From NCBI GenBank assembly GCA_964616875.1, contig CAZTSJ010000263.1, forward strand, positions 1 through 62,716: 62,716 nucleotides of DNA, given 5' to 3'. The translations under genes were made by a program, and so were the position numbers. The stretch is from an uncultured Bordetella sp. (lineage in GTDB: Bacteria > Pseudomonadota > Gammaproteobacteria > Burkholderiales > SG8-39). Numbering within the stretch: position 1 is the stretch's first letter; each line of letters begins with the position of its first letter. This document shows, piece by piece, positions 39,847 to 50,682 of this stretch. Under the pieces are notes generated by a model. It was given only the letters and a program-made list of their open reading frames with translations, did not search any database and was not told the DNA's origin.

Positions 39847-40686
39847 ATGTCGCGCTTCCTGATGGGCCTCGCCGCCCGTTTTCCGCTCCTGATTCTGCAC
39901 GCGCTGGGCGCCCTGCTCGGGTGGGCGATGTATGGGCTCTCGCCCACCTACCGGCGCCACTTGCGCGAGAATTTGCAGGCTGCGGGCTATCGCGACGCGG
40001 CGACGCGGCGCGCGGCCATCGCGGGCGCGGGCCGCCTGCTCGCCGAACTGCCCGCGGTGTGGCTGCGGCCGCGCGCTGAAGTCGCCGCGCTGGTGCGGCG
40101 GGTCGACGGCAGGGAACACGTGGATGCGGCGCACGCGGCCGGCAAGGGCATCGTGTTTCTCACGCCGCACCTGGGCTGCTTCGAAATCACCGCTAAGATC
40201 GCCGCTGAGGAATTTCCCATCACCGTGCTCTACCGGGCGCCCAAGCTCGCCTGGCTGCAGCCGATGATCGAACAGGGGCGCGGCCAGGACAACGTGCGCC
40301 TGGCGCGCGCCGACCTCTCCGGGGTGCGCGAATTGCTCGCCGCGCTCGCGCGCAAGGAGGCCGTGGGCATCCTGCCCGACCAGGTGCCGGGCGAAGGCGA
40401 GGGCGACTGGGTGGAATTTTTCGGCACGCCCGCCTACACCATGACGCTCGCCGCCAAGCTCGCGGCGCGCCCGGGCAGCGTGTGCCTGCTCGCCTTCGGT
40501 GAGCGCCTGCCCGGCGGCGAGGGCTACGTGCTGCACATCAGGCCGCTGCCCGCGGCCGAGCCGGGCGAGAGCGCGCTGCGGTGCATGAACCGCGCGCTCG
40601 AAGCCCTGATCCGCGAATGCCCGGGCCAGTACCTGTGGGGGTACAACCGCTACAAGCGGCCGAAGGGCGCGCCGGAACAGGCATGA
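39847..40686 (+). CDS. lipid A biosynthesis late acyltransferase (LpxL/HtrB family)
   Basis: 279-aa ORF with N-terminal membrane anchor and overall LpxL-family pattern ([16 protein letters not shown]). SD AAGGA upstream. Confidence 0.8.
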   Translation: MSRFLMGLAARFPLLILHALGALLGWAMYGLSPTYRRHLRENLQAAGYRDAATRRAAIAGAGRLLAELPAVWLRPRAEVAALVRRVDGREHVDAAHAAGKGIVFLTPHLGCFEITAKIAAEEFPITVLYRAPKLAWLQPMIEQGRGQDNVRLARADLSGVRELLAALARKEAVGILPDQVPGEGEGDWVEFFGTPAYTMTLAAKLAARPGSVCLLAFGERLPGGEGYVLHIRPLPAAEPGESALRCMNRALEALIRECPGQYLWGYNRYKRPKGAPEQA

Positions 40687-41549
40687 GCAGGATTATTTTT
40701 GGCTTGCTCTGGATTGCGCACTTTCTGCCATACCGGCTCCTGGCGGTTATCGGCAACGCCGTGGGAACGCTGGCGTTCTGGCTGATCCCGGAGCGCCGGC
40801 GCGTGACCCGGGTGAATCTCGAGAAATGCTTCCCGCATATGAATAGCGACGAGCGCGAGGCCCTGGCGAGGGCGCATTTCCGGGCTTTCTGCCGCAGTTT
40901 CGTCGACCGTGCGCTGCTCTGGTGGTCGCCGCGCGCGCGCATCGAGCAGCTGGTGCGCATCGAGGGGCTGGAGCACCTGCGCGCCCTGAACAACGCGCCT
41001 GTCATCCTGTTCGCACCGCACTTCGTCGGTCTGGACGCGGGCCTCACGCGTCTGGGCGGCGAAGCGAATCTGGTGGTGATGTACGCCAACCAGAAAGACC
41101 CGCAGTTCGGCGACCTGCTGCGGCGCGGGCGCACCCGCTTCGGCGATCAGCTCCTCGTCTCGCGCCAGGAGGGCATCCGCACCACGCTCGCGGCGATGCG
41201 CGCCGGCCGGCCCTTCTACTACCTGCCGGACCAGGACTACGGGCCGCGCGACACGCTGTTCGTGCCTTTTTTTGGCGTCGCCGCGGCGACGCTGCCTGGC
41301 CTTTCGCGCATTGCGCAGCTTGCCGGCGCCCGGGTCCTGCCCTGCGTGACGCAACTGCTGCCCGGCGCCCAAGGTTACGTGCTGCGCATCGATGCGCCGT
41401 GGGACAATTTTCCCACCGAGGATGTGGCCGCCGATACGCGCCGCATGAACGAATACATCGAGCGCCGGGTTGAGGAGATGCCGGAGCAGTATTTCTGGAT
41501 GCACAAGCGCTTCAAGACTCGCCCCGAGGGCGAAGCCCGGTTCTACTAA
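40683..41549 (+). CDS. lipid A biosynthesis late acyltransferase (second LpxL/LpxM-family paralog)
   Basis: Part of ORF 40581..41549, from [35 protein letters not shown] and YLPDQDYG motifs. ATGA overlap with the upstream paralog. Confidence 0.8.
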   Translation: MSRIIFGLLWIAHFLPYRLLAVIGNAVGTLAFWLIPERRRVTRVNLEKCFPHMNSDEREALARAHFRAFCRSFVDRALLWWSPRARIEQLVRIEGLEHLRALNNAPVILFAPHFVGLDAGLTRLGGEANLVVMYANQKDPQFGDLLRRGRTRFGDQLLVSRQEGIRTTLAAMRAGRPFYYLPDQDYGPRDTLFVPFFGVAAATLPGLSRIAQLAGARVLPCVTQLLPGAQGYVLRIDAPWDNFPTEDVAADTRRMNEYIERRVEEMPEQYFWMHKRFKTRPEGEARFY

Positions 41550-41577
41550 CAAGGCGAAGCCCGCTTTTACTGAGGAC

Positions 41578-42525
41578 ATGAGAAAACTTCGCACCGCGGT
41601 CATCGGCGTCGGTTACATGGGCAGGTTCCATGCCGGCAAACTCGCCGTCTGCGCCGATGCCGAACTGGTCGCGGTGGCGGACACGGACGCGGCACGCGCG
41701 AAGGAAATTGCGACCGCGCTGGGCTGCGGCCATGAAACCGACTACCGGAGCCTGCTCGGGCGGGTCGATGCGGCCTGCGTGGCGGTGCCCACCGAGAAGC
41801 ATCACGCGGTGGTGCGTGCCTGCCTGGAGGCGGGAGTGCACGTGCTGGTGGAAAAGCCGCTTTCGCGCACGCTGGAAGAAGCCGATGCGCTGCTCGCCCT
41901 GGCACGTGAGAAGGCGCTCGTGCTGCAGGTCGGACACCTGCAGCGCTTCAATCCGGCGTTTCGCGCGCTCGAAGCGCAGGGCGGCCGGCCGCTCTTTATC
42001 GATATCGAGCGGCTGGCGCCGTTCAAGGCGCGCGCCATCGACGTGGACGTGGTGCTCGACCTGATGATTCACGACCTCGACCTGGTGCTGGCGCTGGCCA
42101 AGGCGCCGATCGAACAGGTGAGCGCGAGCGGTTTCCGCGTCCTCACGCAAGCCATCGACATCGCCAATGCGCGCATCGAATTCGCCGACGGCTGCATCGC
42201 GAGCGTCTCGGCGAGCCGCGTCAGCCAGTCGCCGGTGCGCAAGCTGCGCGTGTTCCGGCACGATGCCTATGTCTCCGCGGACCTGCAGGAGCAGCGCCTG
42301 CGCCACGTGCGCAAAGGCGCAGGGGGTGACACTGCGGGCATCGTCGAGTCCGAACAGACGTTCGAGCGCGCCGACGAACTGCAGGCGCAGGCCGAGTCAT
42401 TCCTGCAGGCGGTGCGCGGGCGCGGCGTGCCGCTGGTGAGCGGCGAGCAGGGCCGGCAGGCGCTCGCGCTCGCGCTGCAGGTGGGCAGGCTGGTCGAGGA
42501 AAGGCTGGCGCGCCATGGGACCTGA
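41578..42525 (+). CDS. Gfo/Idh/MocA-family NAD(P)-dependent oxidoreductase
   Basis: Part of ORF 41470..42525, from MRKLRTAVIGVGYMGRFHA. EKPL motif (VLVEKPLSRT). Confidence 0.8.
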   Translation: MRKLRTAVIGVGYMGRFHAGKLAVCADAELVAVADTDAARAKEIATALGCGHETDYRSLLGRVDAACVAVPTEKHHAVVRACLEAGVHVLVEKPLSRTLEEADALLALAREKALVLQVGHLQRFNPAFRALEAQGGRPLFIDIERLAPFKARAIDVDVVLDLMIHDLDLVLALAKAPIEQVSASGFRVLTQAIDIANARIEFADGCIASVSASRVSQSPVRKLRVFRHDAYVSADLQEQRLRHVRKGAGGDTAGIVESEQTFERADELQAQAESFLQAVRGRGVPLVSGEQGRQALALALQVGRLVEERLARHGT

Positions 42526-42528
42526 GCG

Positions 42529-43329
42529 ATGAAGCTTGCGTTCACCAAGATGGAAGGGGCCGGCAACGATTTTGTGGTCCTGGATTTTTCTGCTTCTCCT
42601 TTTTCTTTGAATTTAAATCAAATAAAAAAAATTGCCGATCGCCACTTCGGCATCGGTTGCGACCAGATCCTCGTAGTAGAACGCCCGTCGAAGCCGGGCG
42701 TGGATTTCCGCTACCGCATCTTCAACGCCGACGGCGGCGAGGTCGAGCAGTGCGGCAACGGCGCGCGCTGCTTCGTCAAGTTCGTGCAGGCGAAGGGCCT
42801 GAGCACGAAACGCGAAATCCGCGTCGAGACCCTGGGCGGGGTGATCGTGCCGCGGCTCGAAGCCGATGGCGAGGTGAGCGTCGATATGGGTCCGCCAGTC
42901 GTGGAATTGCCTTTATTGCAGAGTCTTTCCTTAAATGGCGAGACCCTGGAGCTGACAGTTCTATCGATGGGCAATCCGCACGCCGTCCAGGTTGTGGCGG
43001 ACGTGGCGAGCGCGCCGGTGACGACGCAAGGACCGTTGCTCGAGCACCACCCGCGCTTCCCGAAACGGGTCAACGCAGGCTACCTGCAACTGCGCGACCG
43101 GCATCGCATCGCGCTGCGCGTCTGGGAGCGCGGCGCGGGCGAGACGCTCGCCTGCGGCACCGGCGCCTGTGCCGCGGTGGTCGCCGGCATCGCCCGCGGC
43201 CTGCTCGATTCCCCGGTGACAGTCGAAGCGCGCGGCGGCACATTGACCATCTCTTGGGCGGGCGGCGACAATGCCGTCTGGATGAAGGGCCCCGCGAAAA
43301 GCGTGTTCGAAGGCACGATCGAACTCTAG
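42529..43329 (+). CDS. dapF: diaminopimelate epimerase
   Basis: 266-aa [16 protein letters not shown] plus the catalytic-Cys motifs GNGARCF and ACGTGACAA. Confidence 0.95.
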   Translation: MKLAFTKMEGAGNDFVVLDFSASPFSLNLNQIKKIADRHFGIGCDQILVVERPSKPGVDFRYRIFNADGGEVEQCGNGARCFVKFVQAKGLSTKREIRVETLGGVIVPRLEADGEVSVDMGPPVVELPLLQSLSLNGETLELTVLSMGNPHAVQVVADVASAPVTTQGPLLEHHPRFPKRVNAGYLQLRDRHRIALRVWERGAGETLACGTGACAAVVAGIARGLLDSPVTVEARGGTLTISWAGGDNAVWMKGPAKSVFEGTIEL

Positions 43330-43340
43330 AAGGCTCAAAA

Positions 43341-43985
43341 ATGGACGCAAAAGACGTCGCGCAGTTCCTCAAATCGAATCCGCAGTTCTTCGACCAGAAT
43401 CCCCAGCTGCTCGAGTCGATCTACGTGCCGCATCCGCACGGCGGGCGGGCAATCCCGCTCACCGAGCGCCAGATCGTCTCGCTGCGCGAGAAAGTGAAGC
43501 TGCTCGAGGCCAAGCTCGGGGAGTTCGTCAGGTTCGGCGAAGACAACGACGCGATCGGGGAAAAAGTGCACCGGCTTTCGCTCGCGCTGCTGGGTGCGCG
43601 CGACTTCGCCGCCACCGCCCACGCGCTGTACTTCCACCTGCGCGAGGACTTTGCCGTGCCGCATGTCGCCCTGCGCCTGTGGGGCAAGTCGCTGCTCGAC
43701 GGCACGCTGGAAGGCTCGCCGGTGGAGGCCGAGCTGCAGGACAAAGCCGCGACCATGGGCGCGCCGCATTGCGGCGCTGCGGCGGGCAATCCCTTCCTGC
43801 CCTGGTTCCGCGAGGCCGGGGAGCACGTCCGTTCGATTGCGCTGGTGCCGCTGGGGCAGACGCGCACCATGGGCCTGCTCGCGCTGGGCAGCGAAGACCC
43901 GCAGCGCTTCTTCCCCGAGATGGGCACGCTCTACCTGCGCCGCATCGGCGAGCTCACCGCGGGCGCGCTTGCCGCCCGCGTGTGA
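43341..43985 (+). CDS. DUF484-family protein
   Basis: Part of ORF 42657..43985, from MDAKDVAQFLKSNPQFFDQNPQLL. Conserved dapF-DUF484-xerC order. Confidence 0.8.
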   Translation: MDAKDVAQFLKSNPQFFDQNPQLLESIYVPHPHGGRAIPLTERQIVSLREKVKLLEAKLGEFVRFGEDNDAIGEKVHRLSLALLGARDFAATAHALYFHLREDFAVPHVALRLWGKSLLDGTLEGSPVEAELQDKAATMGAPHCGAAAGNPFLPWFREAGEHVRSIALVPLGQTRTMGLLALGSEDPQRFFPEMGTLYLRRIGELTAGALAARV

Positions 43986-44899
43986 CTGATGCGGTGACCG
44001 ATCCCGACCTGGGCAAGGCCTGGCTCGAGACGCTCGAGCACCAGCGGCGGCTCTCGAGGCACACGCTCGCAAACTACTCTCGTGCAATTGATGTTTTATT
44101 GAAATTAAAAGAAAAGACAGCTCTGCGTGACATCGATACGCAGCAGATCCGGCGCTGCGTCGCGCGGCTGCATGCGGCGGGACTCTCCGGCCGCACGCTC
44201 GCGCTGACGCTGTCGGCCTGGCGCGGTTTCTACCGCTGGCTCGCGCGCCAGCGCGGCTTCCCCGCCAATCCGGTGCAGGGCGTGCGCGCGCCGAAGTCGC
44301 CGCGCCATCTGCCCAAGGCGCTCTCGGTGGAGCAGGCGCAGCAACTGCTTGAAGGTTTACCGGCGGGCGCGGCGACGGAGACGCCGGAGGGCCTGCGTGA
44401 CCGGGCGATGTTCGAGTTGCTCTACTCCTCGGGCCTGCGCCTCGCGGAACTCATTGCTCTCGACGCGGAGGACGGGCGGCTTGACCTCAAGCAGGCCGAA
44501 GTCACGGTGACGGGCAAGGGCGGCAAGACGCGCACGGTCCCGGTGGGCGGGCGCGCTCGCGACGCGCTGCGCGACTGGCTCAAGGCGCGCGCCCTGCTCG
44601 CCGCGCCGCACGAGGGCGCACTCTTTGTCGGCGCACGCGGCAAGCGCATCGCACCCGGCACGGTGCAGGCGCGGCTGCGCAGCTGGGCGAAACGCCAGGG
44701 GCTGGGCGCTTCCGTGCATCCGCACATGCTGCGCCACTCCTTCGCCAGCCACGTGCTGCAAAGCTCGCAGGACCTGCGCGCGGTGCAGGAGATGCTCGGC
44801 CACGCCAGCATTTCGACCACGCAGATCTACACCCATCTCGATTTCCAGGCGCTGGCGAAGGTCTACGACGCCGCGCATCCGCGCGCGAGGAAGAAATGA
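43982..44899 (+). CDS. xerC: tyrosine recombinase XerC
   Basis: Part of ORF 43679..44899, from a GTG at 43982 (GTGA overlap). [20 protein letters not shown] and [14 protein letters not shown] catalytic motifs. Confidence 0.9.
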   Translation: MTDAVTDPDLGKAWLETLEHQRRLSRHTLANYSRAIDVLLKLKEKTALRDIDTQQIRRCVARLHAAGLSGRTLALTLSAWRGFYRWLARQRGFPANPVQGVRAPKSPRHLPKALSVEQAQQLLEGLPAGAATETPEGLRDRAMFELLYSSGLRLAELIALDAEDGRLDLKQAEVTVTGKGGKTRTVPVGGRARDALRDWLKARALLAAPHEGALFVGARGKRIAPGTVQARLRSWAKRQGLGASVHPHMLRHSFASHVLQSSQDLRAVQEMLGHASISTTQIYTHLDFQALAKVYDAAHPRARKK

Positions 44900-46083
44900 A
44901 AGCGCTGATACTCAAGGCCGGGCGCGACAAGTCGGTGAAGCGCCACCACCCCTGGATTTTCTCGGGGGCGGTCGAGCGCGTGGACGGGACTCCCGCGAAT
45001 GGCGAAACCGTGCTCGTGAAGAGCGCCGAGGGGCAGATACTCGCACTCGCCGCCTGGAGCGCGACCTCGCAGATCCGCGCCAGGGTCTGGAGCTTCAATC
45101 CCGGTGTTGCGATAGACAAATCTTTTTTCGAAACGGTGTTGAAAAAAGCCATCCAGTTGCGCGCGGCGTTACCGGCAGCGCGTCACACCAATGCGATGCG
45201 GCTGGTGCATGGTGAGTCGGACGGACTGCCGGGACTGGTGGTCGACCGCTACGACGATGTGCTGGTGGTGCAGTTCCTGTCGGCGGGCGCCGAGCACTGG
45301 CGCGAAGCGATTCTCGATGCGCTCGTCGCCGCCACCGGCTGCGAGGCGATTTACGAGCGCTCGGACGCCGAAGTGCGCGCGTTGGAGGGTCTCGCGCCTC
45401 GAGTTGGATTTGCGCGTGGCAATCGAGAGGCGAAACGCTGCCCGATTATCGAGCACGGCCTCAACTTCCGCGTCGACGTCGAGGCGGGACAGAAAACCGG
45501 CTTCTTCCTCGACCAGCGCGAGAACCGGCAGCGGGTGCGCGCGCTGGCCGAAGGGCGCGAGGTGCTGGATGCGTTCTGCTACACCGGCGGCTTTTCTCTC
45601 GCCGCGCTGGCCGGCGGCGCAAAGCACGTCACCGCGGTAGAAAGCTCCGCGCCGGCGCTGGAGGTTGCCAAGGAAAATGTGAATGCAAATTCAATGGATT
45701 TTTCAAAAATTTCATTTGAGCAAGCCGATGTATTTGCCTACCAGCGCCTGCTGCGCGACCGCGGCAAGGGCTTCGGCCTGATCGTGCTCGATCCGCCCAA
45801 GTTCGCGCCCACGGCGGCGCTGGTAAAGAACGCCGCGCGCGCCTACAAGGACATCAACCTGCTGGCGCTGAAGCTGCTCGAGCCCGGCGGCCTGCTCGCC
45901 ACCTTCTCCTGCTCGGGCGGCGTCTCGGCGGAACTCTTCCAGTCCATCGTCGCGGGCGCCGCAGCCGATGCCGGGGTGGATGCGAAGATCATCGAGCGAT
46001 TCGGCGCCGCAGCCGACCATCCGGTGGGCCTCAATTTTCCCGAAGGCGACTACCTCAAGGGCTTCCTGATCCTTCGAACCTGA
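44896..46083 (+). CDS. rlmI: 23S rRNA (cytosine1962-C5)-methyltransferase RlmI-like
   Basis: 395-aa [14 protein letters not shown] (PUA/EEHEE N-terminus), the [12 protein letters not shown] motif and a SAM-MTase core. Confidence 0.85.
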   Translation: MKALILKAGRDKSVKRHHPWIFSGAVERVDGTPANGETVLVKSAEGQILALAAWSATSQIRARVWSFNPGVAIDKSFFETVLKKAIQLRAALPAARHTNAMRLVHGESDGLPGLVVDRYDDVLVVQFLSAGAEHWREAILDALVAATGCEAIYERSDAEVRALEGLAPRVGFARGNREAKRCPIIEHGLNFRVDVEAGQKTGFFLDQRENRQRVRALAEGREVLDAFCYTGGFSLAALAGGAKHVTAVESSAPALEVAKENVNANSMDFSKISFEQADVFAYQRLLRDRGKGFGLIVLDPPKFAPTAALVKNAARAYKDINLLALKLLEPGGLLATFSCSGGVSAELFQSIVAGAAADAGVDAKIIERFGAAADHPVGLNFPEGDYLKGFLILRT

Positions 46084-46145
46084 TTTGTCGGTTCACCGGG
46101 GTAGAATCCGTCCCCCTGTAGTTGAAACTGAATCAGGATTTGCTT

Positions 46146-47120
46146 ATGGAACAGAGCGAAATGGTGCCGGTCACGATCCTCACCGGGTTTCTCGGCGCGG
46201 GCAAGACCACGCTGCTCAACCGCATTCTCAAGGAAGACCACGGCAAGAAAATCGCCGTGATCGAGAACGAGTTCGGCGAGGTCGGCGTCGACAGCGAGAT
46301 CATCGAGAAGACGGACGAAAGCATCGTCGAGATGAACAACGGCTGCATCTGCTGCACGGTGCGCGGCGACCTGATCAAGATCCTCGGCAGCCTCAAGGAC
46401 AAGCGCAGCTCGGGCGCGCTCAAGTTCGACCGCGTCATCATCGAGACCACCGGCATGGCCGATCCCGGGCCCGTGGCGCAGACCTTCTTCACCGACGAGG
46501 ATGTCGGCGGCTACTACCTGCTCGACTCGATCCTCACCGTGGTCGACGCCAAGCACGCGCCGGCGCAGCTGGACGAATTCCGCGAGGCGCAGGAGCAGGT
46601 CGGCTTTGCCGACAGGATCCTGCTGTCGAAGTCCGATCTGGTTTCTGAAGATGAAATAAAAATATTGTCCGATCGTCTCCGCCGCATGAATCCCCGTGCC
46701 CAGATGAAAAAAGTCAATTTCGGCAATACCCCGATCGAGGAGATCCTCGACATCCGCGGCTTCAACCTGAACGCGATCCTCGAGCTCGATCCGGAATTCC
46801 TCGCCGATGCGCCGCACAGCCACCACGACGAGGTCGAGTCCTTCGTCTTCCGCTCCGAGAAACCCTTCAACGGCGACAAGCTCGAGCAGTTCCTCTCCGG
46901 CATGATCCAGGTCTACGGGCCGGACCTGCTGCGCTACAAGGGCATTCTGTGGATGAAAGGCAACCAGCGCCGCGTGGTGTTCCAGGGCGTGCACATGATG
47001 ATGGGCGGCGACATGGGCAAGCCCTGGGGCAAGGACAAGAAGCAGTCGGTGATGGTGTTCATCGGCAAGAAATTGCCCAAGGACCTGTTCCTCGCCGGTC
47101 TGGAGCAGTGCTTAGCCTGA
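46146..47120 (+). CDS. COG0523-family GTPase (CobW/YjiA/ZigA-like metallochaperone)
   Basis: ORF trimmed to MEQSEMVPVTILTGFLGAGKTTLLN (Walker A). CICCTVRGD (CxCC) metal motif and an HSHHDE His-rich patch. Confidence 0.85.
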   Translation: MEQSEMVPVTILTGFLGAGKTTLLNRILKEDHGKKIAVIENEFGEVGVDSEIIEKTDESIVEMNNGCICCTVRGDLIKILGSLKDKRSSGALKFDRVIIETTGMADPGPVAQTFFTDEDVGGYYLLDSILTVVDAKHAPAQLDEFREAQEQVGFADRILLSKSDLVSEDEIKILSDRLRRMNPRAQMKKVNFGNTPIEEILDIRGFNLNAILELDPEFLADAPHSHHDEVESFVFRSEKPFNGDKLEQFLSGMIQVYGPDLLRYKGILWMKGNQRRVVFQGVHMMMGGDMGKPWGKDKKQSVMVFIGKKLPKDLFLAGLEQCLA

Positions 47121-47315
47121 CGCTAGCTCGGCTTCCAGACAGGCCCGACACAGGCAGTTTCGCGCCGGCACCGGCTCGAGCGGTGGCAGCTCGGCGCACC
47201 AGCACGGCTCCTCTCCGGCTTGCATGCCGCAGCTGAAGCTTGTGCCGCAGCGCGCGCAACGCGACTCAGGCGGGTTTTTCTTCGCTTCCATCCAGGGGCA
47301 GTTTTTGCACGGCAA
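47112..47315 (-). CDS. cysteine-rich CWC-family small protein
   Basis: 67-aa ORF. CARCGTSFSCG...PCWCAELP...CLCRACL. The 5' end overlaps the anti-sigma 3' end in another frame; the start could be 47291. Confidence 0.62.
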   Translation of the reverse strand: MPCKNCPWMEAKKNPPESRCARCGTSFSCGMQAGEEPCWCAELPPLEPVPARNCLCRACLEAELASG

Positions 47316-47463
47316 TGCGCAGGAATTTGAATTGCGCGTCCACGTTGCGGCAGCCGTTGCAGATCGCGAGGTGCACGCGCAAACCGACCCGCTCGCCGAA
47401 GCCGAGCTTGCGGTCTGCGGCCTGCGACAGCAGGCGGGTCGTCTCCTTGCAGGACAGCATCAT
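47266..47463 (-). CDS. minimal zinc-binding anti-sigma factor (ZAS, zf-HC2)
   Basis: ORF trimmed to the ATG at 47463 (ATGA overlap with the sigma stop), giving 65 aa. Cys5 plus the H31-x3-C35-x2-C38 motif (VHLAICNGC). No TM segment. Confidence 0.75.
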   Translation of the reverse strand: MMLSCKETTRLLSQAADRKLGFGERVGLRVHLAICNGCRNVDAQFKFLRIAVQKLPLDGSEEKPA

Positions 47464-48050
47464 GTTTTTCCGAACCAGTTCTTTTCCAGGCACAGGCGCA
47501 GCGCCATGCGGGCGCGATGCAGCATCACCCAGCAGTGCGTCGCGCTGATTCCCAGTTCCTTACAGATCTCCGCGGTCTCGAGACCCAGGTGCTCGCGCAT
47601 CATGAAGGCCTGGGCGGTGCGCTCGGGCAGTGCGCGCAGGCAGGCTTCAAGCGCGGCGAGAAACTGCTTCTGCCCGAGGGCGCCCTCGGGCTGCTCCCAG
47701 GCCTGCGGCGGCACCTCCCAGTGGCCGCGCCGGTCGAACAGGCGATCGAATTCCCGTGCATCCGCATCGGCCTCCAGATCGGAGACCGGACGCTCGCGGC
47801 TCTGGCGGCGGATGGTGTCGACGATCTTGTGCTTGAGGATGCCGGTGAGCCAGGTGCGCAGCCCGGAGCGGCCGGCGAAATTGGCTTCGCCAGCGAGCGC
47901 CGCCAGCAGGGCCTCCTGAACCGCGTCTTCCGCGGCGGCGGTATCCCGCAACTGCAGCGTGGCGTAGCGCAGCAGGTAGGGCCGCAGACTCTCGATCTGG
48001 GTGCGGAAATCTGCTGGCATGGGGCTTGAAGCGGTCCTTTCAGATCCCAT
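47460..48050 (-). CDS. ECF-type RNA polymerase sigma factor
   Basis: C-terminal 196 aa of ORF 47460..49484. Region 2 (AEDAVQEALLAAL...LRTWLTGILKHKIVD) and region 4 (LPERTAQAFMMREHLGLETAEICKELGISATHCWVMLHRAR). AGGAG lies 10 nt before the ATG at 48050. Confidence 0.85.
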   Translation of the reverse strand: MGSERTASSPMPADFRTQIESLRPYLLRYATLQLRDTAAAEDAVQEALLAALAGEANFAGRSGLRTWLTGILKHKIVDTIRRQSRERPVSDLEADADAREFDRLFDRRGHWEVPPQAWEQPEGALGQKQFLAALEACLRALPERTAQAFMMREHLGLETAEICKELGISATHCWVMLHRARMALRLCLEKNWFGKT

Positions 48051-48074
48051 CTTATCCGCTCCTAAGTTTTGTAG

Positions 48075-48980
<906 letters not shown>

Positions 48981-48983
48981 CAG

Positions 48984-49649
48984 ATGCGCATAATGAAGTA
49001 TCCACCGTCGCGGCGCGTGTGGATCTTCGACCTCGACAACACGCTGCACGATGCGCGGCGGCACATCTTTCCGTCGATGCACCTGCAGATGAACGACTAC
49101 CTCAAGCGCCACTTCGGGCTCGACGATGAGGCGGCGAATGAGATGCGGCGCTTCTTCTGGGAGCGCTACGGAACGACCCTGCGCGGTCTGGTGCGCCACT
49201 ACGGGCATGATCCGAAACATTTCCTGCGCGAGACGCACCGTTTTGCGGATCTTGCCGGGATGGTGGTGCGCGACAACGGAATCCGACACGCGCTCGCGCG
49301 CCTCCCCGGTAAAAAGCTGGTTTTCTCCAACGCGCCGCTGCATTACGTCGAGGAGGTGGTGCAGGCGCTCGGCCTGACAAACTATTTCGATGCGGTGTAC
49401 GCGATCGAGAGCACGCGTTACCGGCCCAAGCCCGCGCTGCAGGGCTTCCACGTGCTGCTGCGGGCCCACGACCTCGACCCGCACCGCTGCGCGCTGGTCG
49501 ACGACATGCCGGAGAATCTGCGCGCAGCGAAAAGGCTCGGCATGTCAACTGTCTGGGTAAGCGGTGACGCGCGCAATGCACCGTTTGCCGACCTGCGCGT
49601 CAAATCCGTCACGGAACTGCCCAGGCTTGTATTCCGGCACTCTCACTGA
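48984..49649 (+). CDS. pyrimidine 5'-nucleotidase (HAD-superfamily)
   Basis: 221-aa ORF with the HAD motif I WIFDLDNTLH. Conserved argB-nucleotidase-slmA order. The start could be 48993. Confidence 0.8.
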   Translation: MRIMKYPPSRRVWIFDLDNTLHDARRHIFPSMHLQMNDYLKRHFGLDDEAANEMRRFFWERYGTTLRGLVRHYGHDPKHFLRETHRFADLAGMVVRDNGIRHALARLPGKKLVFSNAPLHYVEEVVQALGLTNYFDAVYAIESTRYRPKPALQGFHVLLRAHDLDPHRCALVDDMPENLRAAKRLGMSTVWVSGDARNAPFADLRVKSVTELPRLVFRHSH

Positions 49650-49664
49650 GCGTAGAATTTCCGC

Positions 49665-50243
49665 ATGCCGCGCGTCAAGGGAGAACGGCGGCTCGAGATC
49701 CTGAAGGCGCTGGCCCAGATGCTCGAGCAGCCGAAGTGGGGAAAGATCACGACTGCAGCGCTTGCCGGGAAGCTCGATGTCTCGGAGGCCGCGCTGTATC
49801 GCCATTTCGCCTCGAAAGCGCAGATGTACGAGGGCCTGATCGAATTCATCGAGACGTCGGTGTTCACGCTCGCCAACAAGATTGCGCAGGACGAGAGCGA
49901 CGGCCGCAAGCAGGCCGCCAAGCTGGTCGAGATGCTGCTCTCGTTCGCCGAGAAGAATCCCGGCATGGTGCGCGTGATGACCGGCGACGCGCTGGTGGGC
50001 GAGCACGAGCGCCTGCAGGCGCGCATGAACCAGTTCTACGACCGCCTCGAAGCCTCGCTCAAGCAGGCGCTGCGCTCACCCGGCGAGGGCGGCGGCCAGA
50101 AACCCTCGGATGCCGACGTAACCGCGCACGCCGCCTTCCTCACGCGCTACATGATCGGCTGCCTGCACCAGTTCGCGAAGTCCGGCTTCGCCAGGAAACC
50201 CACCGAAAGCTACGCCGCGCAGCGGCGCTTCCTCGCGGCGTAG
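49665..50243 (+). CDS. slmA: nucleoid occlusion factor SlmA (TetR family)
   Basis: 192-aa ORF. GERRLEILKALAQMLE...ITTAALAGKLDVSEAALYRHFASKAQMYEGLIEFIE. Confidence 0.85.
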   Translation: MPRVKGERRLEILKALAQMLEQPKWGKITTAALAGKLDVSEAALYRHFASKAQMYEGLIEFIETSVFTLANKIAQDESDGRKQAAKLVEMLLSFAEKNPGMVRVMTGDALVGEHERLQARMNQFYDRLEASLKQALRSPGEGGGQKPSDADVTAHAAFLTRYMIGCLHQFAKSGFARKPTESYAAQRRFLAA

Positions 50244-50250
50244 CGCCGCC

Positions 50251-50682
50251 ATGGCAGAGCACAAATCCCCGCGCATCGTCGAGGAGAAGCGGGCTGCGCG
50301 CGCTGTCGCGCGCCGCATCCGCAGTGGCCTGATTGCCTACAACACCGCAAAAGTCGGCAAGCCCGCCTACCGGCGCCTCGTGCTCTCGGCGCGCGACAGC
50401 GCGGGCCGGATTGTGGGCGGCCTGGCCGGAGAACTTTATTGGAATGCGCTTTACGTCGAGCTGCTCTGGCTGAAGGAGGGCGCGCGCAAGAGCGGTCTGG
50501 GGCGCCGGCTGATGCAGGAGGCGGAAAAGCGTGCCCGCCGCGCCGGCAAGGATCTGATCTACCTCAACACCTATACCTTCCAGGCGCCCGGCTTCTACCG
50601 CAAGCTGGGCTTTCGCAGCATTGGCCGAATCCGGGACTATCCGCGCGGCGAGAGCCGCATTTTCCTCGTCAAGAAGGTTTGA
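50251..50682 (+). CDS. GNAT-family N-acetyltransferase
   Basis: 143-aa ORF with the RKSGLGRRLMQEAEKRA acetyl-CoA binding motif. Confidence 0.75.
   Translation: MAEHKSPRIVEEKRAARAVARRIRSGLIAYNTAKVGKPAYRRLVLSARDSAGRIVGGLAGELYWNALYVELLWLKEGARKSGLGRRLMQEAEKRARRAGKDLIYLNTYTFQAPGFYRKLGFRSIGRIRDYPRGESRIFLVKKV

Noticed and set aside
41578-42525. Calling the Gfo/Idh/MocA oxidoreductase GnnA (the UDP-GlcNAc 3-dehydrogenase of GlcN3N-lipid A synthesis)
   Set aside because: The only support is family membership and proximity to the lpxL paralogs. No GnnB-type aminotransferase is adjacent. I kept it as a generic family call.
43982-44899. Tyrosine recombinase as a marker of an integrated mobile element
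   Set aside because: It sits in the conserved housekeeping dapF-DUF484-xerC-rlmI arrangement, has the XerC-type motifs, and has no flanking repeats, tRNA gene or cargo genes. It is a chromosome dimer resolvase.
46084-46145. Zur box upstream of the COG0523 GTPase
   Set aside because: I could not find an AT-rich palindrome of the GTTATA...TATAAC type. Only a TAGAAT -10-like hexamer (46102-46107) and a weak GGGG/CCCC hairpin are present.
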